A stretch of DNA of 64,000 bases, from assembly GCF_963506605.1 (NCBI RefSeq), contig NC_083278.1, positions 44,826,001 through 44,890,000 of the forward strand. The letters run 5' to 3'. This document shows, in pieces, positions 28,128-40,997 of this stretch (positions are counted from its first letter, which is position 1; each line of letters opens with the position of its first letter). This DNA comes from Zootoca vivipara (lineage: Eukaryota). The translations under genes and the position numbers were made by a program. The notes below the pieces were generated by a model. That model was given only the letters and a program-made list of their open reading frames with translations. It searched no databases and was not told the origin of the DNA.

Positions 28128-29092
28128 CTAAATATCAAAGGTGTTATTACATTAGGTGGCATAAAAACAGGGATCAGCTAGCAAAAAATGATTTTAGAAG
28201 TGCAACAAGAAGTTCCCTTTATGGAAAAGGGAAAATAAATTCAGATTACAGTAGGACCCCACATGATCGTTCCTTACATTGAAGGCTAATGTATTTGGGA
28301 AATAGTTTTATCAATGGCTAATAAACACAACAGCTTCATGGAATCTCCGTGTTCTCTGAATACCAATACCATGCCTCTGAATACCCATTGGTGGAGTACG
28401 AAAGATGGTTTTCATGGCCTGCTTATGAACTTCAAAAAAATCTAGCTAGCCACCCTAGAGTTAGTTGAGCCCTTGATTTGAATCAACAGAGCACTTATTC
28501 ATGTTGACAAAGTCTAGCATGCACAGACCCAATTATATCTATTAGAGATTACAAACTATCTGACCTATGTAGAGACAAATAATTCACAAATCACATCCAG
28601 TAATCCCAGAGGTAGATGTGCAGAATCCTGCTGTCCAGTTGTATATAAATTATGCCTTACCAACACATAATGATCCTTTTGTTTGAATAAAACAAATGGC
28701 TGTCCATTAGCAAGGTTTGCCATGCCACTACGTAAAACATTGGTGGCAAGGACACTAGCATAGTGGCACAAAAATGTGCTTTATGCTTACAATACAAAGG
28801 CACAAGTGCCCAGAATGCTACTAGTTTGTAGGCCATGTACCAAGAGAGTTACAGATTACACTACTTATTAAGAAATGTATGAAAACCATAACCCCCTCCA
28901 CACAAAAAACCCCACAACTTTCATTTTGAACTGAGTCGATCATTATGAAGTAATCAGAAAATACAGAAAGTGTGGGAGGTTATTATTTTTGTTTATTACT
29001 ATGTTATGCATTTTTGTGTTTTTATAATGTAAACCACTCTGTGATCCTTGTATGAAGGATGGAACAGAAATTTAGTAGATAATAATACTCAC

Positions 29093-29204
29093 ATTGTGTT
29101 CCTTGCTTGAACCAAACTAACAAATATATGATATTTTAACTGATTTTTACACCTCTTAAGGAAGGGTATTTGGACTATTTGAGGAGGCTGTCCATAGCGA
29201 TTAC
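29093..29204 (-). CDS. COQ3: COQ3 exon 2 (poorly conserved transit-peptide region)
   Basis: 112 nt; strong CTCTCTCTCTCCAG acceptor and GTGAGT donor; open frame; phases 1 to 2 bridge exons 1 and 3 exactly. Confidence 0.75.
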
Positions 29205-30699
29205 CTGGAGAGAGAGAGGTAAAGCAATTTTTGTTGTAAGCTTCCTGGCCCAACCATTTTTAAAACTGCTAAGAATCCCCAATACATCTGAGTTTCTAGC
29301 TGAACAGGTTAGCACCTATCTTCTACAAACAATGGCTGCAAAGGGTTGGCTCATCACACCTTGTCTCCCTATTAGAACGATATGTAACATTTTGGAGTTA
29401 TTCCAGCAGCATATAATGCTTTGCACATTTTCATAATTAGTCTCAGGAATCAGATTGTTTTAATCCAAAAAGGCAACCATGTGTTACCACAGTTATACAT
29501 TAGTTATGTTTGTGCCACTGCTTTTTAATGGGCTAAAACTACTATGTGCACCAAGAGCTCATTTTCCCATATTAACATGCCATTGCTATAAGATGATCTT
29601 TCACTCCTCATCTAATATGGTGCAAGAGTCAAGAAAAGGCCCTTTTCGGTGGTGGATCCTTGCCCCTTGGGATCCTTGCACATGCATCTCGCCTCATTTC
29701 TTTACGGATCCAAGTAGCTAGCAAATACAGTTTTTCAGTGGGCATTTGGAGGAGATGAGACCTGATTGTTGCTGTGATGAAAAACTGTTATTCAGTGATT
29801 TGTTGTATGTTTTTAATAAATTTTACATGTCCTTATTTACTTGCTTTGATTTTAAACCATCCTGTGGCCTGTACAAAGATGACAAAAATCATCTTAATAC
29901 ACAGATACTGTCAGGAACACTACCTCGATGGTGAAAGATCCACACCCTCACACTCCAGTGATAATTTCAATGCAAACTTAACATTCAATAGAATAAGCTA
30001 GTGACATGAGGATCAGACAACCTGGCTGGGGCTGTGAAAATTCATCCGAAGTTAAATGGCAAAGCTATTCCCCCCCCCTTCTACAGCATTAGCAGCACAC
30101 CCTAGCACCTTGCAAAATTGCATAAGCAGCAAATCGAGGTCCCTGTTCCCAAGGACCTTACAATCAACAGACAGAGCGGGGAAACACTACAATGGCAGGG
30201 TCAGGCAAATGCCACGAAACCTATCTAGAGCCACGAAACCTATGTCAATTGGTAGGGCTGTAATTGGTTGGGTTTTCCTAAACAAAAAAACTCAGTAACT
30301 TCCAGGGTCTCCTGGTTTTTACTTTTAGAAATATGGCAGCCCTACGAGAGGAAGCCCCGCTTGCTAGGGTTGCCGCCTGCCCTGTACAGTATAATACAGG
30401 ATTGTCCCCTATTCCGATCTGAAATGCTGCGTCCTGTATTGATACACTTTTGTCTTCTCTCTCGTTACGGTTCCTCTCCAAATGCACGTGTTTTAAAGGG
30501 TGCGTGGAAGGTCCTGTATTTAAGCCAAGCACAGACAGATTTACAAATCCATTTGTAGGGTCTGTGTGTGATCAATTCCAAAAGCATCGTCCTGCAGCAG
30601 TTTGTAATGAAATGCTTTGAAGTCACTTCAGCACCAGATTTTTTGGGTGGGGGGGGGGGTCAGTTCCCCAAGCCTTTTACCGGAGCAAAGGTGCCAATT

Positions 30700-31170
30700 C
30701 CGCAGGGGTAACAGGGAGCCACCCAGCCGGAGATACGCACGGAAGAAGCCCGTTAGCATGCAAGGACACTGAAGGTAGGGCAGGATCCCAAAGCCACGGC
30801 GAAGCGCAAAGTTACTCACAGGAACTCAGGGCGCGCCGGCAAGCCGCCCAGCCTCCCGCCATCTCCCCGCGGAAGACCCACAGCCGCCTGGCCTGGCTGA
30901 GACAGCCGCTCTGCCAGCCCTTCATGGCTCAAGCTGATCACCGTGCCACTCTCAGGCGGGGCTCCACCTCCCGGCCCCTGCACCTACCAATAGGGCTCGC
31001 CGTTTCCAGCCGCAACCCGCGCCCAGCTTCCGGTTCCGGCGAGAAGAGAGTCGGCTTCCCCTTTCTTTCTTTTCAGGAATAGCGGCACGGTCCTCCTGAA
31101 AGGCCGCCGGGGGAAACAGCCCTGCAGCAAAGTCAGACTGTAGCCTTGCTGGCGGGTGGCGAGGAAGCCG
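30700..31170. promoter_or_regulatory. CpG island / COQ3 promoter
   Basis: GC/CpG-rich; tandem ETS-type TTCCGG at 31028-31039 and CCAAT at 30987-30991 upstream of the start codon. Confidence 0.7.
30820..30925 (-). CDS. COQ3: COQ3 exon 1 (ubiquinone biosynthesis O-methyltransferase, mitochondrial)
   Basis: GCCATGA Kozak; MKGWQSGCLSQARRLWVFRGEMAGGWAACRRALSS (Arg-rich presequence-like); GTGAGT donor; 7 exons total 1080 nt = 359 aa. Confidence 0.82.
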
Positions 31171-31221
31171 CTTTTTTGAGCAGTTTACTTGTTAGTTCAT
31201 TTTTAAGAACACAGGCATCAA

Positions 31222-31740
31222 TTAACTAATGTGGGAAGGATGCATTCTTAATTGCCTGCATAGGCCTGAATAGAGAAGTTTACACCAAGGCTGACACAGA
31301 AGGAGCCTGCTGAATAATGGCAGATAATTCCACAGGACTGGGCAGATGACACCAAAGGTTCTGTTTGTCATTGTCCAACAAGCCACACCAACTTGGGGAG
31401 TGACGATGATGCTTCTGCAGATCTCTGGGATATAAGGATTCAGGCAATTCCTGAGGTTCCCTGGACCTAAATTGTTCTGGGCTTGGAAATTAGTGCAAGA
31501 ACCTTGAACCTGGTTCCATAGTAAGCAAGCAGTCAAAGCAGCTGTTTTAGTGATGGTGTCGCAAGTTCTTGACCAGAAGCTTCTGTCAGCTGCATTCTGC
31601 ACCAGTTGGGAGTTTCCAAACCAGACCAAGGGCAGGTCGACATAGAACGCATTACCGTACTCCAGTCTTGAGGTTACCAAGACATGGACAACAGCAGCCA
31701 AGCTATCCCTGTCCAGGAATAACTATAGTTGGTGAATCAG
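31222..31740 (-). mobile_element. L2 LINE ORF2 3' fragment, degraded
   Basis: VVHVLVTSRLEYGNAFY...QLVQNAA resembles the L2 motif SRLDYCN...LQLVQNAAAR. Confidence 0.8.
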
Positions 31741-32559
31741 ACAAGCTGGTAAAACGTTTCAAGGGGAGTGACTGTGTTTGAGGTCTTTCTCAGCAAAAAA
31801 ATCAGTCTGTTATATCCTTTCCTTATTGCAATGTTTCAATATAAGTTCATTTTGTAAAGGAAAGGGGAGACTAAAATGGCTGGAGCAACAGATGTGCATT
31901 TAACATTTGTACAGTAGGCTAATTTCACCAGCCAAGCACTCGAGTGTGAAGCAACACAAAGGGTGTGGCCTGTCCCCCAGACAGATGTTCCCAATTTCTG
32001 CCTTTATGGCTTGCACATGAGGGGAGAAAAAAACTTCTGGTTGTTTACAATCTTCTACATGGGATGGTTCTCCGTGGGACCTTCAACCTACAATAACTCT
32101 CCCGTTGTCTCTTCATTCAGCATAGAGAATAGACTCTTATCTAGGCAACCATTATGATTCCACAAGCACTGGAATAATTGCCAGGGTGCGTAAGAGAGGT
32201 GATGAAATTGAGTATAAGGTAGGTACAGTATTGTATTGGCTGGTGATGGCACAAGGCACTGAAACCCAAATAGGCCCAGACAGCTGCCTTCTCTCACTTC
32301 TTTGGTTCCAAGTCCCCATATTTACCATATTGTGTAGAAAAATTAATTATAGCTACAATAAAGGAAACTCAATTTACTTAAAGGCTCATTGTGACAACAG
32401 CTTGGTTCCACCATTCTCTCTGTGATGTGAGTGTTATAGACCATTAAGTAAAACCTATGAGCCTTTTAAATAGGAAGAGTATGCTCTCTTTATTGGCATA
32501 CAGACATTACTGAAATTAGTGCACTTGTGTGAATGAAATTTCCACAGATACAGGGAGTG

Positions 32560-32675
32560 ACAAATCCAGCTGGTGTGGTATATAAAAAGCTTCATGCACA
32601 ATCTTGTTTACTTAACAAATCCAGCTGGTGTGGTATATAAAAAACTTCATGCACAATCTTGTTTACTTAACAAAT
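32560..32675. repeat. ~55-bp tandem duplication
   Basis: ACAAATCCAGCTGGTGTGGTATATAAAAA(G/A)CTTCATGCACAATCTTGTTTACTTA twice, followed by ACAAAT. Confidence 0.9.
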
Positions 32676-32842
32676 AGAAGTCTAGTTTTAAAAGTGGATG
32701 CAGTAGATCATGGAAAGCTGTACAGTACAGTACTTCATTTTAAAATAAATGGGAACACTGAAAAAATCTTTGCCCCCAGTTTTAATTTTTGAACCCAATC
32801 TCTCAGATTCTTAGTTATCTAAAAACCAGTTTATCCTTAGAG

Positions 32843-33169
32843 CAGGGGTAGGCAACCTAAGGCCCATGGGCCGGATGCAGCCCATTCGCCTTCTCAATCC
32901 AGCCCGCGGATGGTCCGGGAATCAGTGTGTTTTTACATAAGTAGAATGTTTCCTTTTATTTAAAAATGCATCTCGGAGTTATTTGTGGGGGCTGCCTGGT
33001 GTTTTTACATGAGTAGAATGTGTGCTTTTATTTAAAATGCATCTCTGGGTTATTTGTGGGGCATAGGAATTCGTTCTTTTTTTTTTTTCTTCCAAAATAT
33101 AGTTTGGCCCACCACATGGTCTGAGGGACGGTGGACCGGCCCATGGCTGGAAAAGGTTGCTGACCCCTG
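32843..33169. mobile_element. hAT (Charlie-like) non-autonomous element
   Basis: TIRs CAGGGGTAGGCAACCT / AGGTTGCTGACCCCTG; perfect 8-bp TSD CCTTAGAG; internal ~65-bp duplication. Confidence 0.9.
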
Positions 33170-34164
33170 CCTTAGAGCTTGTTTCTCTTCTTTCGTTTAA
33201 AACTACAGTAGGTTGAATTCATGGAGAAAGGGATGGGAGGACTCTGGACAACATAATTCTTTGGTGCAGTTCTTTTTATGCAATGTTTACCTGGAAGACA
33301 AATCCTGCTGAATTTAATGGAACATTCCCAACTGCATATGCCATTGCATTCGTTAGCCATTTCTAAAGGGTAAATTTAGTGAGCAGAATTATATTTTAAA
33401 ACCAAAAAGCATAATACTGGGAACCCCTCATCAGAATGTCTTGACATTTTGAAGTTCACAAGAAGTCACAATGAGTTGTTTGGGATGGGCAGCTTGTATT
33501 TATAGTTTGCAAATACCTGTTTTTACGAGTTCGGTTCTATCAGCCAAAAGAACATCTCTCTAGGTGGTTAATATGTTGGCAAAAGAAGTTTAAGAACTGT
33601 CTTGTTTTTAAAGTGAAACCATAATTCTAGTAATAAGTTGCAAGACCAGACCTAGTTATTTTTATTAACCTTCTGTATCACAGAGTTATTTAATGGTTTC
33701 TACTGCAGAAGTTATAGAGTAATAAAACAAATGAATCCAAAATAGATTCTAGCTTCTCTAACCATATGAACCATTATAGAGTGTGCTTTTGAACACAGAA
33801 GTACGATGTTGAGGAATAGAGTTTCAAAGCTACAAACTCACATCATACATGTTGTTTACTTGCACTTCGCTACTATTTGTGCTTGGCTAGTATTGGTATG
33901 TTGTACAATAAGAATTATGCATATTTTAGTCACAGACAGTAGGATGATAATTCAAGAAAAAATTTTTAAAAACAAAACCCTACAGTTCATTTCAACAATT
34001 CTTTTGCCCAGGGACTGACCTTGAATTATCCAACGAGGAAATTAAAACACTGAGAAAATTTAAAACTGACAAACTGTTCAGTATTTTACAAAAGTGTATT
34101 GTAAAAAAAGGAATTTAAAATAAATTAAAATACAAGAATTTAAACGAAAAATGAACTAAAGAAC

Positions 34165-34170
34165 TTTATT
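34165..34170 (-). terminator. Candidate PNISR polyadenylation signal AATAAA
   Basis: TTTATT on + strand about 300 nt past the distal stop; a second candidate at 33661-33666. Confidence 0.5.
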
Positions 34171-34475
34171 GACATCACAGTACATTCAATAGCAATTTTA
34201 AGAACATTACAGCTGAAAGAGAATGGCATATTTCATAGTCTTAGTAAGCACTACTAAGGAAAAATGTAAATACAAAGAAATCCTAGCAAGTACTTAACTC
34301 CGAGCAGCGTTTCCCAAAAATACAGCTATTTACAGATTACTTTTTTTAAAAAGGAGGGTTCAGCTTTCACCTACACAGCCACAACTGTAGCCTCTATAAT
34401 GAGCCTCTATAATGAGACAAGCCCTTAAAAACTCATGGAATTTTTAAATCGTATGACTAGTGCCATTAACATTCC

Positions 34476-34506
34476 TCAGCGTTTACGACGTGGAGGAGTC
34501 ATTGAT
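34476..34506 (-). CDS. PNISR: PNISR alternative terminal coding exon (SMTPPRRKR*)
   Basis: Long pyrimidine tract plus TTTCAG acceptor; joins the AAG|GTAGTA donor at 34767 in frame. Confidence 0.75.
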
Positions 34507-34762
34507 CTGAAAAATAAAGAGAAAGGGAAGGAAATTAAAGGGGAAAAGAACTATCAAAACCACACACACGTTAGGCTTAAAAACTTAAATTTTCTTAGTT
34601 GGAAATAAATGCTATCAAAGTCGTTCCCATCCGCCGCCACCCCCACCCCACCGAGAATAATCTAAAGAAGTTAGCTTAACTTGTAAAATATATAGTTTCA
34701 GGCATGATGATGAACAAAAACAGAAATAAATACATAAATCAAACAAGATACTTAAAAGAATA

Positions 34763-35877
34763 CTACCTTGATCGTGATTTAGACTTGTGTTTGCGGCTTG
34801 CCTTCTTACCAGACCTTTGAGATTTCTCCACGGACCGCGACCGACTATGCTTTGCTTTCTTAGACTTCTTTTCTTTGCTGCTGCCTGGTGATTCAGAACT
34901 GCTCCTTGTGCTAGATTCCGAACCTGAGTGCTTTTTGCTCTCTTTGGTAGAACTTTTCTTGCTTTCCTGCCTAGAATCATGCCTTAATGTTTTTGAGGAA
35001 ACTGAATCGCTGCGAGAGACCGTTCTTTCACTATCTCTTTTCCTCTTTAATCTCTCATCATGATTGCCAGCTTTACTGTCTTTTTCTTCTTTTCTCTGTT
35101 TCTCTTTGCGCTTCTCCTGGTCTCTCTCCCTCTCTCTGTTCTTTTTTTTGTCTTTTTCTAGGCTCCTGCTGCGTTCCTTTTTCCTCTCCTGAACTTTACT
35201 ATCGTGGCTGTGTTTGTGCCTGTTTCCACTTTCACTTCTACGCTGGTCCTCATTTTTACGCCTATCTCGACTCCCACTACGAGTGGAAAGGCTAGCAAGT
35301 CTATCCCTTGAGTGACTATCACTTCTACGCCTCTCCCAGTTTCGGTCATGGGAAGGACTACGATTTCGTCTCCTCTCCCCCCTGTCTACACTCCTATGTC
35401 TACTAGATCTCCGCCTTTCTCTTACCTTGCCCCTACTCCTGCTCCTCTCTCTCCTGTTTCTATGAGAATAGCTCCTGCTTCTGCTGCGCCTAACCTTATG
35501 TGAAGGTGATCTACTGTGGCTATGCCTCTTTTTCCTTTTAGGGGAAGAAGAATGTGAAGAGCTGCGGCTGCTGCCAGAGCTACTGCTATAGGATGAACTA
35601 GAGGCTGTGCTGCTGCTACTACTGCTGCTACTTCTGCTGTTGGCACTCGAGCTACCACTGCTTGAACTTTTTGACCTACTCCTCCCTAGTCTCTCTTTTT
35701 CTTTAACCTCTTTTTTGGGTTCAGCATCTGGTGTCATTTGCTTTGGAGATTTTTTCTTTTCACTGAACACATCCACCTCCACCTCTTCTTTTGCATCCTC
35801 TGGTGGTGAACTGTTTTGCTCTTTACTGGTGAGTTCACTCATCTCTTTAGCAATTTTCTCATTATGGAGCCTTTCTT
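34763..35877 (-). CDS. PNISR: PNISR large RS/K-rich exon (to proximal stop)
   Basis: TTTGCAG acceptor; 370-codon Ser/Arg/Lys-rich frame ending KKASRKHKSKSRSR*. Confidence 0.95.
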
Positions 35878-36740
35878 CTGCAAAAGTAAGTGCATAAAAG
35901 AAACAAATACAAAAATCATGCCAAGCGAGATAGCAGATACACAAGAAATCTCTCCCTATCATCCACTAATGGCCAGTGTATCAACAAGGCAGCATGGTAT
36001 AACATTACTTCTTTCATATTACTTCTTTTCTGTAGCTATTTGAAAGTCAATGGAGCTTATTTACAAGTGAACATGAATTAGATTGGGTTGTTAATCATCA
36101 ACAATTTCCTTTTTAATAGGGTTTTGAAGCAAGTATATAAATGGAACCTAAACAATAATAACAATAAATATCTATGAAATATCTGTGTTGCCATGGGCAA
36201 TTGTAAACTGGCAGTCTCATTGAATTCAGAGGAATCTTTGTAATATGCGTGTTCCTGGAATCTCTGTACTGGAAAGTATGTGCCTTTCCCCAAGGATTTC
36301 TTCATGCTATAGCTAATTCTGCCTCTATTCTATCCAAAGATTCTAGCAGATTCTTTACTTGGTAAATTCTGGATGTGAGCCAGTCCTTGTGTGTCCAACT
36401 CTTAACAGGTAGATCTTAGGAATTACAATGGCCAAGGCCTCTGCTTATGAATTTTTACTATCTGTGTTATTGACAGAGGTGAGGTCAGCTAAAGATAAAA
36501 CAATCTGGAGTTGTGAACCAGTATCAAAGCACAGAGAAAATACCAAATTCCTCAATTACCTGTAATGTACTCTATAGCTCAGGCTTGTGTACATGGTGCA
36601 TTATTCTGCGCAAGTTTACGTTCTTATTTCCATTTAGCTTGGCTCCCAGGTTGCAAGTTAGGGTACAAGCTGGCACATAAGTCTGAGAGGTTGAAAACCA
36701 CCGCTGCTGTCATCAATTCTGAACCAAACACACATCCTAC

Positions 36741-36911
36741 CTTCCAGCTGTTTCTCTAGCAATAGCTGCTGTTCTCTCTCCTTTCTCCAAAATGCTTCTT
36801 GTTTTTGCCTGATTCTGTGTCGCAGTTCCTCGTCATCAGTATCGGATGACTCAGAGCCTCTGTCGCTCCTCTCATCGTCACTGTCTCCTGATCCATAACC
36901 ACCCAGTCCAC
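36741..36911 (-). CDS. PNISR: PNISR coding exon
   Basis: 171 nt; GGLGGYGSGDSDDERSDRGSESSDTDDEELRHRIRQKQEAFWRKEREQQLLLEKQLE. Confidence 0.95.
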
Positions 36912-38117
36912 CTGCGTGCATAAAGCCTAGTCTATCACGAGGGAAGATTAATCCTGGTTCTTAATATTTCTGCAGGGCAAAGAGGAGAGTATATTGCCCA
37001 TCTTTCACTTCTTCACTGAAGAAGCCACTTATTCTGGAGGAAGTGCCAAAGGTGGTTGACTGGATGTTCAAGGCCCACACATTTGACCTGTTGTTCAGTA
37101 TCTGGTTTTACGTCTTCCGGAATAGCTTGCCATGTTTTCCAGCAAGCAATCGCTATGATTACATACTTTCCCGTTAAGTATATGGGTAAAAAAGCTCTTT
37201 ACAGAGCCAGTACCAAATGCTTAGTGTACATCAGCAAGACCATATACACAGGAGTGCAGTGCCTAAGACCTATCCCTGAAGACATCTTTGCAATGATTTC
37301 AGCCAGCTTCAATATCCAGGGCTTTAAAAAGTCCCAAATGCCAATCAATTTTCTACTGTTCAGAAAAGACTGTACATTAAAGAGGTACAGGTATGGAATA
37401 GGAATGGACTTCTCTTCCCCCAAAAGATAGATCTGGAAAAACTAACAAGACTAGCAGAAAGTAATCTTGAACATCTGATACAGAAGCATTCTTACTTTCT
37501 TTTTATGTTCTCTTCAGTATTAGTTGACTAATACATTTAAGCTAACGTGAAAAGAATTTGTTACTAGTACGGTAGTAAAAATATTTAATATAACAGTTAC
37601 TAAAATTGTATAATTAATGTTACACTGAGATTTCAAACATTTTTTAAAAATCTATTACATCTCAGAATGTAATTCTGAATTTCATATCCAGCATATCCCA
37701 ATATTATACTAAGTGCTGGCTATGAGAACTCAAAATGTACATTTGTTGCGTGGATTGCTGGCAGGGCAAAATTGTAGATTTTTATTGGTTTCTTTTATCA
37801 AAACACACACTAATAGCTGAATTAAAAACAGGAGAAAAATTCCTCCAAATTCACTTTATTTAGATACTGTAGTAGCTATCTGGTGCAAAACATTTCATTT
37901 ACAGGACAGGCTTACATTATGCTTACAATGGAAATAACACCACTGTACAATTTCATGTATTTCAATAGGTTTATTTGCAAGATAAGCCCTTTCTAAGAAA
38001 CACAAAAGTTATCAGATGCTTGCATATTGCATTTTGGGCAGTTTCAATATATATTTAGAAATGCAAGCTAGAGCAATCTCCCCATTAAGTCCCTCTCAAA
38101 ATTGGGAACATACTTAC

Positions 38118-38127
38118 CAAGTCCAGT
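38118..38127 (-). CDS. PNISR: PNISR small coding exon, only last 10 nt visible
   Basis: ACT GGA CTT G|GTAAGT (TGL-G) next to the N gap; fits the expected ...ASLTGL|GGLGG junction. Confidence 0.8.
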
Positions 38128-38285
38128 NNNNNNNNNNNNNNNNNNNNNNNNNNNNNNNNNNNNNNNNNNNNNNNNNNNNNNNNNNNNNNNNNNNNNNNNN
38201 NNNNNNNNNNNNNNNNNNNNNNNNNNNNNNNNNNNNNNNNNNNNNNNNNNNNNNNNNNNNNNNNNNNNNNNNNNNNNNNNNNNNN
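38128..38285. other. Assembly gap (158 N)
   Basis: Run of N. Confidence 1.
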
Positions 38286-38809
38286 AGAAAAAACATTAAA
38301 AACGTAATCCATTGAAAACCCAATTATTTTCTGGCCACGAATGTTCAGAAATTTAAACTGTGAATTAATAGTGGATAGAGCAGTTTCTTATAGTTATACA
38401 TTTCCAAGTTAATAAATTTCATCTGCAGACAGAACATTATAGAATTATTTACTCACAACTATATGGAATAAAGCTGCCTATTTTCGTAAAAAGAAAATAG
38501 CTGGCTAACAGTGAAAGTTAATTCATTCATAATTTAAGTATGCCTTAAGTTTTACTCAGTTAAATTTGAACTAGAATTATTTAAAATATGTAAAAATAAA
38601 TAAATGTCATTCTATAGGAAAGAAAGAAATAACTGAAGTTAACTCACAATACACTGCACAGGACAATAGTATATGATTATTACAACTGAATTTTTGCAAC
38701 TTTTCTTCCTTAACATACAGGCTGCTTTTAGGTACAGATACTATGGATTTAAATGTTCTAGGACATGCAAAAGGATATTTAATTAAAGTACTAGAAAGCC
38801 TAAGCATAC

Positions 38810-38909
38810 CTTTTATTGCTTTACGATGGGCATCTTTAGCCACGTAATATATTTCTTCATTTGTGACATCTAGGAGAATTTCTGTCAGCAGCATTTTTGT
38901 CAGCAACAT
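38810..38909 (-). CDS. PNISR: PNISR coding exon
   Basis: 100 nt; MLLTKMLLTEILLDVTNEEIYYVAKDAHRKAIK. Confidence 0.95.
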
Positions 38910-39975
38910 CTAAACAATTATAAATATAAAATCCCCAGTTCAAACACAATTCTCAGCAAACCCTTGCAATTCTATTTGGTTATTCATGTTATGAAGCATA
39001 ATGGTTCCTTTACCCATGATTTATTGGAACTACTGAAGAAAGCATTGGGCCCATACTATATGCAACTTCTTACATGTTCAGCCACCAGCACCGTACTTTA
39101 AAATGTACCTATTTGTTCAGTATGCACAGCAGTTCACCTTTGCATTCAGTGATGTGTAGTCAAGTAATGAAAGCAGATGGAAACAGAGTTTGGGGGAGAA
39201 GAGCGCTACAATCACATTTCACATGCAGTACATATTTTCTTCTGAGTAAGAGAATCAAGATCCTTATAGGGACGAAGTTTGGGGGTGCCTGCTCTAGCCC
39301 ATAACTTTACAAAAGGTCATATATGTCCACTTTTTTTTGCCCAAATTTGGTTTTATGTTCTTTCTCAAGCTGGTCAAATGTGTAGTTAAATGCCAATGTA
39401 GGTTGTGTGGATTTAAAGTTGGAGTTGACTGTCATCATATTAGGCTGTGCATACAACCATTTCGTTCTTGCCTTAATAGCTACTAGTGGAAGCACTAGCG
39501 GAGGCACAGAGAACTTGCTTGCTAGCAGGCTTGCTAGCTTTCTCTAGCTTAGCCCAAGGGGAACAGCTTTTCCTAATAACTAAGAGTGCAATTTTTAACT
39601 AACTAAGGACAGGTTGATTAAACTTTTTTTATTCAACTCAAAAAGGAATCCTTGCTTAATTTTTTTAAAAAATTGTTTTTAAGTAAGCATAAACAACAGG
39701 TGGCAGACACCATCTTTAAAGAGGCACCCCCTTCAATTCTGGAAAGGAGGGAATACCTCTCAAAAATTGCACTTGCTGCAAAATACATGTACACCATATA
39801 AAAACAGGGTGTTTTATGCAAACTCTTATTTTAATCAAATGAATTTTAACAAAAATTAATTAAATCGGTGTTATTTGATAAACCAACTATGATTTCTTTA
39901 AATAGAATGGCAGTCCTACTAATAAGCAAGCACATACAGCCATGGGCAATGAAGTGGTCCCAAACTCATCCATAC

Positions 39976-40113
39976 CATCTGATACTCCTTTTCTTCCTCT
40001 GTCATTTCTGGTTCGCTTTGCTCCTCTTGAGGAGCTGGAGAGGGACTTCTACTGACTTTTCCACTACTTATAGCTTCTACGTTATCAAGATCTTCATCTT
40101 CTTCATCACTATC
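39976..40113 (-). CDS. PNISR: PNISR coding exon
   Basis: 138 nt; DSDEEDEDLDNVEAISSGKVSRSPSPAPQEEQSEPEMTEEEKEYQM. Confidence 0.93.
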
Positions 40114-40212
40114 CTGTAAGAAAAAGGTTAGGAAATAGTTTAAAATACGAGTTAGAATTCAATGCAGAATTATTACAACTGTTCTGTCAGTGCAATAAAC
40201 TTTTTCACTTAC

Positions 40213-40403
40213 AAATTTACTTTTCTGAGGTAACCGTGGTCCATCTTCTTCTCCTGGGTGGGCATTTTCCTTTTTTTCTTTCTTAGACAATTGAGAACGC
40301 TGCTGCTCCATTCTCTCTTTCTCTAGTTTCTTTTGCTTTTCTCGTTCCATCTTCTCTAGGCCCTCACGAATCCAAGCAGGCAGAGTTCGGCGTTTAACAG
40401 CAT
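40213..40403 (-). CDS. PNISR: PNISR coding exon
   Basis: 191 nt; DAVKRRTLPAWIREGLEKMEREKQKKLEKERMEQQRSQLSKKEK...PQKSKF. Confidence 0.95.
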
Positions 40404-40590
40404 CTAAATATTCATACAGAAAAGTAGTTTCTTAAAAAGGAACCCATTCATTTTCTTTTTAAGCTCATCAGATGATGGATGGGTTAGGATGTTTCACGGG
40501 GGAAAAGCCACTGTAACTTTCTAATTCTCTCCCTAGGCTAAACTAGACATTGTGGTGGCAAACACATAAATAGGAGTTGGGATGTGGCTA

Positions 40591-40890
40591 AGGTAAAGGT
40601 AAAGGATCCCTGGACAGTGAAGTCCAGTCAAAGGCAACTATGGGGTTGCAGTGCTCATCTCGCTTTCAGGCCGAGGTAGCCAGCGTTTGTCCACAGACAG
40701 CTTTCTGGGTCATGTGGCCAGCATGACTAAACCGCTTCTGGCGCAACAGACCACCGTGACAGAAACCAGAGCGCACGGAAATGCCATTTACCTTCCCATC
40801 GCAGCGGTATCTAGTCATCTACTTGCACTGGCGAGCTTTCGAACTGCTAGGTAGGCAGGAGCTGAGACAGAGCAAGGGAGCTCACACCGC
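40591..40890 (-). mobile_element. Sauria SINE, divergent subfamily, 5'-truncated
   Basis: AGGTAAAGGTAAAGG tail and CATGTGGCCAGCATGAC core shared with the other copies. Confidence 0.85.
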
Positions 40891-40997
40891 CATTTGAAAT
40901 CCAAAGCATAGGGAGGTGAAAGGGAAATCTCCTACCCATGCATTCTCTCTGAGATCAGCTCACTACATTTATTAAAATTAATATGATGAGGACATAC

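Noticed and set aside
34875-35897. Leu/Ser-rich + strand ORFs
   Set aside because: Antisense shadows of the PNISR RS exon.
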